Notes: generated by a model not told the origin, from the sequence alone. DNA of 64,000 nt from Halothiobacillaceae bacterium (GCA_041676845.1 JBAYRD010000001.1:31174-95173), one strand, 5' to 3'; shown: positions 31,534 to 43,420, counted from the first letter of the stretch. Made by a program: numbers and translations.

Positions 31534-31674
31534 ATAAAAAAAGCCGCCGAATTCATGTCGGCGGCTTTCTGTTTTGTTTTACGAGCGTGGCGGCAGGGCC
31601 GCCAGACTCGTTTTGGCTTTCCAACCACCCATCAGTTGCGTGAAGAAGCGGAGGCTCAGGCCAGCAAGAGCCAG
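31534..31674 (-). repeat. Copy 2 of the module; frameshifted IPTL-CTERM 3' remnant downstream of sufE
   Basis: Reads LALAGLSLRFF, then a 1-nt insertion removes the in-frame TGA; both hairpins are retained. Confidence 0.92.
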
Positions 31675-31732
31675 TACGCACTCGTGCCTGCTTGGTGAAT
31701 CCAGGGCGCTCACTTTGGCAGACTGATTCCCG

Positions 31733-32161
31733 TCAGGCGGCGCGTTCGGCGGCCAGTCCGCGGATTTTCTCGATCATGTTGGACAGGCCGGTGGCGCGAT
31801 TGGCCGACAGATGTGACGACAATCCCAATTCGTCCATGAAGCCGCTGTCGGTTGCGAGGATTTCTTCGGCGGAACGGTCGGAGTAGATGCGAAAGAGCAG
31901 GGCGATCAGGCCGTTGACGATCATGGCGTCACTGGTTCCGATCAGTTGTAGGCGGTCGCCATCCCATTCGTAGTCGAACCACACTTGGGACTGACAACCG
32001 TGGAACATGTGCGCCTCGTCCTGCTTTTCGGGCGGGAAGGTGGGCATCTGCCTGCCCATGTCCATGATGTACTGATAGCGCTCGGTCCAGTCGCCAAGAA
32101 AGGCGAACTCGTCCTTCAGGGCACTGATTTCGGCAGCGATGCTGGGTGCCTTGTCGGCCAT
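31733..32161 (-). CDS. sufE: Fe-S assembly sulfur acceptor SufE
   Basis: GCQSQVW, SDAMIVNGL and LS.NR..GL motifs. Confidence 0.95.
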   Translation of the reverse strand: MADKAPSIAAEISALKDEFAFLGDWTERYQYIMDMGRQMPTFPPEKQDEAHMFHGCQSQVWFDYEWDGDRLQLIGTSDAMIVNGLIALLFRIYSDRSAEEILATDSGFMDELGLSSHLSANRATGLSNMIEKIRGLAAERAA

Positions 32162-32196
32162 GGGTGTCCTCCGGGGTCGGGCGGGTGTGCGCCGGC

Positions 32197-32649
32197 TCAG
32201 GCCTGCTCGCGCACGTTGAAGCTTTCGCCGCAGCCGCAGCTGTCCTCGACGTTGGGGTTGTTGACCTTCAGCATGCGGGTCAGTCCATCAACGACATAGT
32301 CGAGTGTGGACCCCTGCAGTGCCTTGAAGCTTTCCTGGTCGGAGATTATGGCGATGCCTTCGCCACAATCGAACCAGAGGTCGTTGTCGTCAACGGTGCG
32401 GGCGACGTCCATGACGTAGGCGAATCCCGTGCAGCCGGATTTCTTGATGCCAAGCCGCAGGCCGAGGGCTGTCTTGTCGCCGCCGAGGGTGTTGTGCAGG
32501 TATTGGCGCGCGGCGTCGGTGAGTGACAGCTGCTGCTCGGCCGGGAGTGCGGCGGCGCGGGCACGGGCGGCCTCGATGTGGGTCGGATCGACCGCTGTGG
32601 TCGCGGTCGTCTGGTTGGTCGATTGGGCACTGTGGACTTCGGCAGTCAT
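32197..32649 (-). CDS. sufA: A-type Fe-S carrier (SufA/HesB)
   Basis: SGCTGFAY and NPN....CGCGESF motifs. Confidence 0.9.
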   Translation of the reverse strand: MTAEVHSAQSTNQTTATTAVDPTHIEAARARAAALPAEQQLSLTDAARQYLHNTLGGDKTALGLRLGIKKSGCTGFAYVMDVARTVDDNDLWFDCGEGIAIISDQESFKALQGSTLDYVVDGLTRMLKVNNPNVEDSCGCGESFNVREQA

Positions 32650-32673
32650 GGGCCTTCCTCCAGCTTGATTGGG

Positions 32674-33036
32674 TCAGCCCGCCTCGCGGGGGGTGCTGGC
32701 CACGTAAATAATGTCGTTCTCGACTCGGATATCGTAGCAGTCGATCGGCTCGTAGGCCGGAGCGGACAGGGCTTCGCCGTCACGCAGACAGAAATCGGCA
32801 CCATGCCAGGGGCAGGTGATGATGTCGCCATTGAGTGGTCCATCGGAAATGGGCAGTTCCTGATGACTGCACTCGTCGACCACGGCGAGAATCACCCCAT
32901 CGGCATTCACGACGAGAATATCGATGTCGGGGCCTTCAACCACCCGGCGTTCACCGGGGGCCAGTTCGCGTTGTTCGCAGACGCGGATCCACTGGTCGTC
33001 CAGCTCATCCAGGAATGAATTCGCGGTGTCAGTCAT
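32674..33036 (-). CDS. Rieske-type [2Fe-2S] ferredoxin
   Basis: CSH...CPWHGA Rieske motifs. Confidence 0.92.
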   Translation of the reverse strand: MTDTANSFLDELDDQWIRVCEQRELAPGERRVVEGPDIDILVVNADGVILAVVDECSHQELPISDGPLNGDIITCPWHGADFCLRDGEALSAPAYEPIDCYDIRVENDIIYVASTPREAG

Positions 33037-33267
33037 TGTAGCTGTCTCGTCTGTTCGCAGAAGATAGAGTTGTTGTATGGGCGTCTTGAAAACTCATCAC
33101 CAGCCGCCCGGGCGTCATTTCAATATGCAAGATTCAGCAGCCAGCGCCACAGCATGTCAGATCAGACAGGTAGGGGCAGCCAGTGACAGGCTGCTCCCAG
33201 CCACTGGTTTCTGAAAGCTGAGAGTCCCGACAGCCGCGGTTGCTTTTTGATGCGGGCTTGAGGCGAC

Positions 33268-33813
33268 TCAGAACATGCCGGTGGCGAGCCGGGCCTCATC
33301 CGACATCATCTCGCGGTTCCAGGGTGGATCGAAGACCAGTTCGACTGCCGCTTCCTCGACAGTGGGGATCTGCATGATCTGCTGGTGGGCATCCGAGGCG
33401 ATCACGCCGCCCATGCCACAACCGGCCGCAGTCAGGGTCATGTCCACTTCGACTCGTCGCCCGGCGACTGGCAGGGTCTCGACCTTCACCTTGTAGATCA
33501 GGCCCAGGTCGACGATGTTGATCGGGATTTCCGGGTCGTAGACACCACGCAACTGCTCCCAGACCATCGCCTCGACTTCTTCGTCGGAGGCGTTGTCAGG
33601 CAGCTTGGGCTGCGGGGGCGGCTCCTTGCCCAGGGCGTCGGCATCCTTGCCCTCGATCCGAAGCATGTGGCCGCGCGCCCTGACGGTGAAACTGCCGCCC
33701 AAGGCCTGCATTATCTCGACCGGTGTGCCCTTCGAGGCGAGCACTCGCTGCCCGGAGGGCACCATGGTGCAGACTACGTCACGGTTCAGTTGGATACGCT
33801 CCTTCGGTTCCAT
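33268..33813 (-). CDS. sufT: Fe-S assembly protein SufT (long form, DUF59)
   Basis: VYDPEIPINIVDLGLIY, MTLTAAGCGMG and FDPPW motifs with an N-terminal extension. Confidence 0.92.
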   Translation of the reverse strand: MEPKERIQLNRDVVCTMVPSGQRVLASKGTPVEIMQALGGSFTVRARGHMLRIEGKDADALGKEPPPQPKLPDNASDEEVEAMVWEQLRGVYDPEIPINIVDLGLIYKVKVETLPVAGRRVEVDMTLTAAGCGMGGVIASDAHQQIMQIPTVEEAAVELVFDPPWNREMMSDEARLATGMF

Positions 33814-33834
33814 GATTCGTTCTCCGGTGGTTGG

Positions 33835-35079
33835 TTAGACGAGCATGTCGCGCACGCGGGCGACCGCGGCGACGAACTGGTCGATCTCGCCGATTGTGTT
33901 GTAGAACGCCGCCGAGGCGCGGGCGGTGCCCGCCGGTGCCTCGAAACGACGCATCAGGGGCATCGCGCAATGATGCCCGGTGCGTACGGCAATCCCCATG
34001 GAATCCAGCAGGGTGCCGATGTCGTGCGGGTGCGTCCCGTCGATCAGGAACGAGGCCACTGGCACCTTGTGCGCGGCCTGACCCACGATCTGCAGGCCGG
34101 GGATCTCGCTCAAGCCTTCCGTCATGCGCGCGAGCAGGGCGGCTTCGTGGTGTTCGATCGCCAGCCAGTCGAGCCCGTCCAACCACTCAAGGGCTGCGCC
34201 GAAGCCGATTGTGCCCTCGATATTGGGGGTGCCGGCCTCGAACTTGGATGGCGGCGCTGCGAAACGCACGCCGTCGAAACGCACGTCTTCGATCATGTCG
34301 CCGCCGCCCATGAAGGGCGGTAGACGATCGAGCCAGTCGCCACGCGCGTACAGGGCGCCAATGCCGCTCGGCCCGAACAGCTTGTGGCTCGAGCAGGTAT
34401 AGAAGTCGCAGCCGAGCGCCTGGACGTCAACCGGTCCGTGCGGCGGCCCCTGAGCGCCGTCGACCAGTACCGGGATCTCCTGTGCCTGGGCGATCTTGCT
34501 GATCTGGGCGACCGGGTTGACCGTGCCAAGCGCGTTGGAGACGTGGTTGATCGCGATCAATCGAGTCCGGTCGGTGATCAGATCGGGCAGGGCGTCGATC
34601 TCAAGATCACCTTGGTCGTTGACCGGAATGATGCGAATGACCAGCCCCTTGCGCTCCACCAGCATCAGCCAAGGCACGATGTTGGCATGGTGTTCGAGTT
34701 CGCTGAGGATTACCTCATCACCAGCCTGCCAGTCGACTGTCAGCGAGTGGGCCAGCAGGTTGATCGCTTCGGTGACGCCACGGACGAACACGATCTCGCG
34801 ATCGTGCTCGGCATTGAGCGTTCGGGCCACCTGTGTGCGGGCTGCCTCGAAGCGTTCGCTCGCCCGCGCCGAGAGCGTGTGCACACCCCGGTGGATGTTG
34901 GCATTGTCACGCTCGTAGAACTCGCGGATGGTATCGATCACCACCTGCGGTTTCTGCGTGGTGGCAGCATTGTCGAGGTAGACCAGCGGCCTGCCGTGGA
35001 CTTCCTGGTCGAGCACCGGGAACTGTGCCCGAATGGCCTCAACCGAGAACGGCTGGATACGTCTATCGTCGTTCATCAC
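33835..35079 (-). CDS. sufS: Cysteine desulfurase SufS
   Basis: YLDNAATTQKP, SSHKLFGP and RTGHHCA motifs. Confidence 0.96.
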   Translation of the reverse strand: MMNDDRRIQPFSVEAIRAQFPVLDQEVHGRPLVYLDNAATTQKPQVVIDTIREFYERDNANIHRGVHTLSARASERFEAARTQVARTLNAEHDREIVFVRGVTEAINLLAHSLTVDWQAGDEVILSELEHHANIVPWLMLVERKGLVIRIIPVNDQGDLEIDALPDLITDRTRLIAINHVSNALGTVNPVAQISKIAQAQEIPVLVDGAQGPPHGPVDVQALGCDFYTCSSHKLFGPSGIGALYARGDWLDRLPPFMGGGDMIEDVRFDGVRFAAPPSKFEAGTPNIEGTIGFGAALEWLDGLDWLAIEHHEAALLARMTEGLSEIPGLQIVGQAAHKVPVASFLIDGTHPHDIGTLLDSMGIAVRTGHHCAMPLMRRFEAPAGTARASAAFYNTIGEIDQFVAAVARVRDMLV

Positions 35080-36377
35080 GCGTTCCGTTCACTGCGAGCG
35101 ATCTGCTCGACCAGGCGCTGCTCGACGTGCTCGGTGAGCCAGTCACGCAATTCGACCAGCGGGATCTCGTCGATCACCTCCTGGGCGAAACCGGCGATCA
35201 GCAGGTTGCGGGCAGCGGCCTCCGGCACGCCGCGTGACTGCAGGTAGTACAGCGCTTCGTCGTCAAGCCGACCGATGGTCGCACCATGTGAGCACTTGAC
35301 GTCGTCGGCGTAGATTTCGAGCTCGGGTTTAGCATCGATCTCGGCGTCATCCGACAGGATCAGGTTGTTGCTGGATTGATACGCCTCGATCCGCTGCGCG
35401 TCCTTTTCGATCAGAATGCGGCCCTTGAATATGCCACGACCAGAGTCATCGACGATGGTGCGGTAATGCTCGTTGCTGGTGGTGTCCGCCGCGGCATGCG
35501 TGATCCGCGTGTGGGTATCCAGCACCTGCTTGCCACGCGGCATCATCAGGCCGAACAGATCGGTGTGCGCCCCGGAGCCGCCGACATGGATGTCATATTC
35601 GCGACGGATCATCTGGCCGCCCAGTTGCACATTGTAATTGTAGTAGCGCGCATCACGGTCGAGTTCGGCGAAGCTGCGCTCGGTAGCCAGGCGTGCATCT
35701 CCGTCCAGTCCCAGGGCGATGTGCGTCAATGCGGCATTGGCGGCAATCGACGCGACAATCACGCTGTTGCGCCAGATCGGCTGATCACCGACGGTCTCGA
35801 TGTGTTCGATCAAGGTGGCAGCGGCGCTCTGGCCCAGGCGCACCAGTATGCGCGGGTGGCTCATGACCGATTCGGTCGCCCCGTCCAGCCATTCGATCAC
35901 GATCGGGCGCTCAATGACGGCGCTAGCCGCGACATCGATCACCACGCCTTCACGCGCCATGGCCGTGTTCAAGGTGACCAGGGCATCGTTAGGATTGTCG
36001 ACGCTCGGGGCCGGTTTGGGCGAGAAGGCCGCCACACGACTTGCCTCATCGGCATCCGCAAGGGCGGTAATCGTCACGTCTGTCGGGAGGTCGTCCGGCA
36101 GACCCTGGAACACGCCATCGACAAAACGCAGACGGACGGGGTTCTCCAGCGGCAGGCGGGTGCTGGGTTCGATATCCGCACCGACAGCGCCGGTTGAGGC
36201 GTTGAAGCGCCCGCGCTGGATGGCGCGCAGGTTGGTCCAGCGCCATTCCTCATCACGCGGACCCGGCAGGCCGAGGGACTCGACCTGACTGCGGGCCGCC
36301 CGGGCAACCTCAGCCGGAGCCACCGTCTGCTCGGGCAGGGCAGCGCTCAGCCACTCAGGAAGTTCAACTCGCTTCAT
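35076..36377 (-). CDS. sufD: Fe-S assembly protein SufD
   Basis: EEWRWTNL and KPELEIYADDVKCSHGAT motifs. Confidence 0.95.
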   Translation of the reverse strand: MKRVELPEWLSAALPEQTVAPAEVARAARSQVESLGLPGPRDEEWRWTNLRAIQRGRFNASTGAVGADIEPSTRLPLENPVRLRFVDGVFQGLPDDLPTDVTITALADADEASRVAAFSPKPAPSVDNPNDALVTLNTAMAREGVVIDVAASAVIERPIVIEWLDGATESVMSHPRILVRLGQSAAATLIEHIETVGDQPIWRNSVIVASIAANAALTHIALGLDGDARLATERSFAELDRDARYYNYNVQLGGQMIRREYDIHVGGSGAHTDLFGLMMPRGKQVLDTHTRITHAAADTTSNEHYRTIVDDSGRGIFKGRILIEKDAQRIEAYQSSNNLILSDDAEIDAKPELEIYADDVKCSHGATIGRLDDEALYYLQSRGVPEAAARNLLIAGFAQEVIDEIPLVELRDWLTEHVEQRLVEQIARSERNA

Positions 36378-37129
36378 GATGCCTCCTCGAGAATGTCCTG
36401 GTAGCCCTCGGCCTCCAGGCGCTGGGCGAGGGTCTTGTCGCCGGACTTGACGATGCGGCCCTCGTAAAGGATATGAACGAAATCCGGCTCGACGTAGTTG
36501 AGCAGGCGCTGGTAGTGGGTTACCAGGATGATGCCGCGCTCCTCGTCTCGCATACGGTTGATGCTGGCAGAGACGATCTTCAAGGCATCAATGTCGAGGC
36601 CGGAATCGGTCTCGTCCAGCAAGGCAATCTTCGGCTCGAGCAGCAGCATCTGCAGGATCTCGTTGCGCTTCTTTTCACCACCGGAAAAACCGGCGTTGAC
36701 GCCCCGATGCAGGAAACTGTCGTCCATGTCCATGCTGGCGACCAGTTCGCGCACCTGCTTCATGAATGAAAAGGTATCGATCTCATCGAGGCCTTGCGCT
36801 TCGCGCTTGGCGTTCAGCGCCTCTTTGAGCAGATAGATGTTCTTGACACCCGGGATCTCGACTGGGTGCTGGAAGCCCAGCAGCAGGCCGGCGACCGCGC
36901 GCTCCTCGGTTTCCATCTCGAGGAGATCGTGGCCATCAAAGGTGATCGAGCCTTGAGTGACCTCGTAGCCTTCGTGGCCGCCAAGGACGTTACAGAGCGT
37001 GCTCTTGCCGGAACCATTCGGCCCCATGATCGCGTGGATCTCGCCGGCATTGACGGTCAGATCAATGCCATTGAGGATCTTCTTGCCGTCGATTTCGGCG
37101 TGCAAGTTCTTGATTTCTAGTAGTGCCAT
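36374..37129 (-). CDS. sufC: Fe-S assembly ATPase SufC
   Basis: GPNGSGKST and GFSGGEKKRNEILQ motifs. Confidence 0.97.
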   Translation of the reverse strand: MALLEIKNLHAEIDGKKILNGIDLTVNAGEIHAIMGPNGSGKSTLCNVLGGHEGYEVTQGSITFDGHDLLEMETEERAVAGLLLGFQHPVEIPGVKNIYLLKEALNAKREAQGLDEIDTFSFMKQVRELVASMDMDDSFLHRGVNAGFSGGEKKRNEILQMLLLEPKIALLDETDSGLDIDALKIVSASINRMRDEERGIILVTHYQRLLNYVEPDFVHILYEGRIVKSGDKTLAQRLEAEGYQDILEEAS

Positions 37130-37156
37130 GATGAATAACCTCTGGTATCTGTGCGG

Positions 37157-38641
<1,485 letters not shown>

Positions 38642-38724
38642 GTCATTCTCACCTGGTTAAAGGCTGATTGCCCGGCGGTTGATCGGCCAGGCACTGTTCG
38701 TATCTCGTGTTTAGATCGCATTCA

Positions 38725-39213
38725 TCATGAGAGCGTTCCGCTGCGTGGCCGCTCATGCCAGACCGGTACCTGAGCCATCAGAGGGCGGTCCGTGACCGGA
38801 CGGGCCATGTCGGCCAGCGTAATGGCGTCCATCAGGGCATATACCTTCTGGGTGATCACTCCCCAGTGCGGACGGACCGCGCAGTCCTCTTGCAGAGCGC
38901 AATCATGATCGGGGCGGAAGCAGTCCGTCATCGCGATCGGGCCGTCTATGGCCTCGATGATCTGGGCCAATGTGATTTCGCTGGCCGGGCGGGCGAGGAA
39001 GTAACCACCATTGCGCCCCTGTCGAGATCGGACGATGCTCTGACCGTTGAGCAGCTTGAGCAGCTTGCCGGCCGTGGGCAGGTTGATGCCGGTGCGTTCG
39101 GCCAGCGATCGTGTGTTGGCCCGCAGAGGCTTGAACTCGTCGTCGTGCGGATCATCAGCCAAGGCTGTCAGGAGCACTACCGCGTAGTCGCTCAGTCGAC
39201 TGATCTTCAGCAT
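38725..39213 (-). CDS. Rrf2-family SUF operon regulator
   Basis: RLSDYA, SRQGRNGGY and three Cys (C..C..C..HW); first gene of the suf operon. Confidence 0.9.
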   Translation of the reverse strand: MLKISRLSDYAVVLLTALADDPHDDEFKPLRANTRSLAERTGINLPTAGKLLKLLNGQSIVRSRQGRNGGYFLARPASEITLAQIIEAIDGPIAMTDCFRPDHDCALQEDCAVRPHWGVITQKVYALMDAITLADMARPVTDRPLMAQVPVWHERPRSGTLS

Positions 39214-39305
39214 GCCTGCCTCCGTATATATTGACGATTCGATGACCCGGGCCCAGCCGCCGATTACACTGTTCGGAGGCGGGCCTGCCGGGAGATTTTT
39301 TATAG

Positions 39306-39322
39306 GGTACTAGAATGGTACC
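39306..39322. promoter_or_regulatory. Candidate Rrf2 operator
   Basis: Inverted repeat GGTAC-N7-GTACC about 93 bp upstream of the regulator start. Confidence 0.45.
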
Positions 39323-39505
39323 ACTTGTACAAGGTCCCGTGTGTCAGCTCAAGCTGGCATCGATGCTGGTCTGCCCCCTCCCCGATGCTCCGCCCAAGCC
39401 GTTGTTGTTTCGGCATAAGCCGTTGTCCGGCTTCGATCTGCCGGCGACATCTGCTATCTTTCGCACCCTATTTGACCACGCCGGAATGACGAGGAATTCG
39501 CTCAC

Positions 39506-40936
39506 GTGACGACGACAGCTACTCCTAGCAATCCCAGCACCTCCCTGCCCATCGATGGTGCCGGCAAGCGGCTCTACATCAAGACATGGGGCTGTCAGAT
39601 GAACGAGTACGACTCGGCAAAAATGGCCGACGTGCTCGGGGTGTCCCACGGGTTTCTGCCGGTCGACGAGCCGGCCGAGGCCGATGTGATCCTGCTCAAC
39701 ACCTGCTCGATTCGTGAGAAGGCGCAGGAGAAGGTGTTTTCTCAGCTCGGCCGGTGGCGGCCGCTGAAGGAAAAGAACCCGGATCTGATCATCGGCGTGG
39801 GCGGTTGTGTTGCCAGTCAGGAAGGCGAAGCGCTGCGTGAGCGCGCCCCGTTCGTTGATATTGTCTTCGGCCCGCAGACGTTGCACCGCCTGCCCGAGAT
39901 GGTTGCGGTGGTCGAGGCCGAGCGCATACCGGTGGTCGACATCTCGTTTCCGGAGATCGAGAAGTTCGACAACCTGCCCGATCCGCGCGCGGACGGACCG
40001 ATGGCGTATGTCTCGATCATGGAAGGCTGCTCGAAGTATTGCACCTTCTGTGTAGTGCCCTACACCCGTGGCGAGGAGATCTCTCGTCCGTTCGACGACG
40101 TGATCGCCGAGATCGCCGACCTGGCCGAGCAGGGCGTGCGCGAGATCAATCTGCTGGGGCAGAACGTCAATGCCTACCAGGGGCCGATGCACGATGGCCA
40201 AATCGCCGACCTCGCATTGCTGATCGAGGTGATCGCGCAGGTCGATGGCATCAACCGCATCCGCTTTACCACCTCGCATCCGCTGGAGTTCACCGATCGC
40301 CTGATCGAGGCCTACCGCAACGTGCCGGAGCTGGCCAGTTTCCTGCACCTACCAGTGCAATCGGGCTCCGATCGGGTACTCGCATTGATGAAACGCGGCC
40401 ATACCGCGATGGAGTACAAGTCAAAGATCCGGCGGTTGCGGGAGGCACGCCCGGACATTTCGATTTCCTCGGACTTCATTGTCGGCTTCCCGGGCGAGAC
40501 CGATCACGACTTTGAGCAGACCATGAAGCTGATCGAGGACATCGGCTTCGATCACTCATACTCGTTCATCTACAGTGCGCGCCCGGGCACACCGGCCTCC
40601 AACCTGCCGGACGACCAGCCGGAAGAGGTCAAGAAGGCGCGCCTGGAACGCTTGCAGTCGCGCATCAGCGAGTTCGAGCAGGAAATTTCCCGATCGATGC
40701 TCGGTACCACCCAGACTGTGCTGGTGCTGGGGCCATCGAAGAAAGATCCCGACGAGCTGATGGGCAAGACGGAGAATAACCGCAGCGTGATCTTCCGTGG
40801 CCGGGCCGGGCTGGTTGGCCTGTTCGTCGATCTCGAGATCACGCAGGTCAACCCCAACTCGCTGCGGGGTGAGTTCGTCGCTATCCACCCGACTGATCAT
40901 GAACGGGCACGTGCCCGCAACCTGGTGGCTGCCTGA
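39506..40936 (+). CDS. miaB: tRNA-i6A37 methylthiotransferase
   Basis: GCQMNEYDS, radical [11 protein letters not shown] and TRAM domain. Confidence 0.97.
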   Translation: MTTTATPSNPSTSLPIDGAGKRLYIKTWGCQMNEYDSAKMADVLGVSHGFLPVDEPAEADVILLNTCSIREKAQEKVFSQLGRWRPLKEKNPDLIIGVGGCVASQEGEALRERAPFVDIVFGPQTLHRLPEMVAVVEAERIPVVDISFPEIEKFDNLPDPRADGPMAYVSIMEGCSKYCTFCVVPYTRGEEISRPFDDVIAEIADLAEQGVREINLLGQNVNAYQGPMHDGQIADLALLIEVIAQVDGINRIRFTTSHPLEFTDRLIEAYRNVPELASFLHLPVQSGSDRVLALMKRGHTAMEYKSKIRRLREARPDISISSDFIVGFPGETDHDFEQTMKLIEDIGFDHSYSFIYSARPGTPASNLPDDQPEEVKKARLERLQSRISEFEQEISRSMLGTTQTVLVLGPSKKDPDELMGKTENNRSVIFRGRAGLVGLFVDLEITQVNPNSLRGEFVAIHPTDHERARARNLVAA

Positions 40937-41895
40937 TGGCCACAAGGGACATCGAGCGGCTGGAGTTCGTTCTCGAGCCGGCCGACAATGAGCGGCTGGC
41001 CAACCTCGCCGGCAGCTTCGACGAGCATTTGCGCATGATCGAACGACGCTTGGGCGTCGAGATCAATCATCGCGGCAATCTGTTTGCGGTGATCGGTCCG
41101 GCCACCATCGCCGCACAGGTCGAAACCTTGTTGGCCGACCTGTATATGCTCAGCGAGACTCAGGTTATCGATCCCGAGCGGATCAATCTCGGCATGCAGG
41201 AGGCGGGCATGCAAGACGCACCACCGCCATCGGGCGACGAGGTGATGATCCAGACGCTACGTGGGATCGTCCGCGGGCGGGGCAACCGCCAGATTCACTA
41301 TCTGCAGATGATTCGCGACTCCGACCTCAACTTCGGCATTGGGCCAGCGGGGACGGGCAAGACGTACCTGGCGGTCGCCAGCGCGATCGATGCCTTCGAG
41401 CGTGGCCAAGTCCAACGCATCGTCTTGGTGCGGCCAGCCGTTGAGGCGGGCGAAAAACTCGGTTTTCTGCCGGGGGATCTGGCCCAGAAGATCGATCCTT
41501 ACCTGCGTCCCATGTACGACGCACTCTACGAGATGATGGGGTTCGACAAGGTCAGTCGCCTGATCGAGCGCAATGTGATCGAGGTCGCACCGCTCGCCTT
41601 CATGCGGGGGCGCACACTGAACGAGTCATTCGTCATCCTCGACGAGGCGCAGAATACCAGCATCGAGCAGATGAAGATGTTCCTGACGCGAATCGGTTTC
41701 GGCACCACGACGGTGGTGACCGGTGATATCACGCAAGTGGACCTGCCCAAGGGCGTCATCTCGGGGTTGCGGCATACGATCGATGTGCTTAGCGAGGTCG
41801 AGGGCGTCCAGTTCACCTTCTTCCAGAGCCGTGACGTGGTCCGCCACCCGCTGGTCAGGCGCATTATCGATGCCTACGAAAGCCGAGGCGCATAA
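40936..41895 (+). CDS. phoH: PhoH-like ATPase (YbeZ)
   Basis: GPAGTGKT, RPAVEAGE and ILDEAQN motifs. Confidence 0.93.
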   Translation: MATRDIERLEFVLEPADNERLANLAGSFDEHLRMIERRLGVEINHRGNLFAVIGPATIAAQVETLLADLYMLSETQVIDPERINLGMQEAGMQDAPPPSGDEVMIQTLRGIVRGRGNRQIHYLQMIRDSDLNFGIGPAGTGKTYLAVASAIDAFERGQVQRIVLVRPAVEAGEKLGFLPGDLAQKIDPYLRPMYDALYEMMGFDKVSRLIERNVIEVAPLAFMRGRTLNESFVILDEAQNTSIEQMKMFLTRIGFGTTTVVTGDITQVDLPKGVISGLRHTIDVLSEVEGVQFTFFQSRDVVRHPLVRRIIDAYESRGA

Positions 41896-41928
41896 ATTGG
41901 CCAGGGTGTCTTGCTGGGGGGTTTCTCG

Positions 41929-42429
41929 ATGACGGCGGCTGCGGTGGCAGTGGTGATCGATCGGCAACGGGTCACCCAATACCGCTGCCCCTCGCGCCAG
42001 TCGCTGACCAACTGGGTGGTACGAACATTGGCCGCTCTGCCGGAAAGTCCAGCGGGCGGCGAGGTCACCATCCGCTACGTCGAGCCGGCAGAAAGCCAGT
42101 CGCTCAACCAACAGTTCCGCCACCAGGACCAGCCTACCAACGTGCTTTCGTTTCCGGCAGAAGAGGATCCTTCGCTGCCGGGACCTCATACTGGCGCGGG
42201 CCTGCCATATCTGGGTGACCTCGTGATCTGTCCGGCAGTAGTGGAGGCCGAAGCAGCCGAGCAGGGCAAGAGCCGACGCGCCCATCATGCCCATATGGTG
42301 GTGCATGGAATTTTGCACCTGTTGGGCTATGATCACCTCAGCAGCGACGAAGCTGAAGTGATGGAGTCTGTTGAGACTCAAGTGCTTGCGGCGCTGGGGC
42401 ACCCCGATCCCTATACATACAATTCTTGA
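41929..42429 (+). CDS. ybeY: rRNA maturation endoribonuclease
   Basis: PTNVLSF and HGILHLLGYDH motifs. Confidence 0.95.
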   Translation: MTAAAVAVVIDRQRVTQYRCPSRQSLTNWVVRTLAALPESPAGGEVTIRYVEPAESQSLNQQFRHQDQPTNVLSFPAEEDPSLPGPHTGAGLPYLGDLVICPAVVEAEAAEQGKSRRAHHAHMVVHGILHLLGYDHLSSDEAEVMESVETQVLAALGHPDPYTYNS

Positions 42430-42514
42430 TGTCCGACTTCTTCGAAATCACCTCGATAGAATGGCGCATCACTTTGATTTCACTAATCTTTCCTACTTGT
42501 TGTAAGACGAACTC

Positions 42515-43420
42515 ATGGTAGACGAACCTCCTGATCCGGACTCGGTGCGTCAGCCGTGGTGGCAGCACTTCAAGCAGCGCTTTTTCCCCTGCCAGATTCA
42601 TTCCATCCGACAGATGAAATCCCTGGTACGCCAGGCGACCGACTCCGAGGTGTATCCAGCTTCCACTGGCGGCCTGATTGACTCGGTGCTGGACTTCCAC
42701 GAACTGCGTGTGCGCGATGTGATGGTGCCGCGTGGGCAGATGGTTGTGATAAACGAAGGGACGTCCTTGCCGCAGTTGCTGTCGACGGCAGTCGAATCCG
42801 GGCATTCCCGCTATCCCGTCATCGGCAGCAATCAGGACGAAGTCATCGGGATTCTGCTGGTCAAGGAGCTGCTGCGCCACTACGCCCAGTCGCAGGAGCC
42901 GGACAGTGGCGAGACGGAATTCAATTTGCTTGAGCTGGTACGAACGCCGATGTTCGTTCCCGAAAGCAAGCGGCTGGATGCCTTGCTGGCCGAGTTTCGA
43001 CTGACACGTACTCACATGGCGATCGTGCTTGACGAGTTCGGCGGTGTCGCCGGGCTGGTGACCATCGAGGATGTGCTCGAGGAGATCGTGGGGGATATCG
43101 ACGACGAGTTCGATACCGAGGAGCGCGTCAATATACGTCAGCAGTCGCCTCGTCGACATACTGTCCGGGCGCTGACCCCGATCAGTGAGTTCAACGAAAC
43201 ATTCGGTACGGCGTTCCCGGATAGCGAGTACGACACCATCGGCGGACTGGTTTCCAATGCCCTGGGGCACCTGGCGCGCCGGGGAGAGGTAGCCCGGCTG
43301 GGCGAGTACGAATTCAAGGTGCTCGGGGCCGACCGTCGCCGGTTGCATCTGTTGCTGGTGACCAAGCTCGATTTCGATCCGAGCGAGGAGGCCGATGATT
43401 CCGCCGGCGAGTCCAGCTGA
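42515..43420 (+). CDS. corC: CBS-domain Mg/Co efflux-associated protein
   Basis: SGHSRYPV, HMAIVLDEFGG, TIEDVLEEIVGDI and CorC-HlyC domain. Confidence 0.92.
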   Translation: MVDEPPDPDSVRQPWWQHFKQRFFPCQIHSIRQMKSLVRQATDSEVYPASTGGLIDSVLDFHELRVRDVMVPRGQMVVINEGTSLPQLLSTAVESGHSRYPVIGSNQDEVIGILLVKELLRHYAQSQEPDSGETEFNLLELVRTPMFVPESKRLDALLAEFRLTRTHMAIVLDEFGGVAGLVTIEDVLEEIVGDIDDEFDTEERVNIRQQSPRRHTVRALTPISEFNETFGTAFPDSEYDTIGGLVSNALGHLARRGEVARLGEYEFKVLGADRRRLHLLLVTKLDFDPSEEADDSAGESS

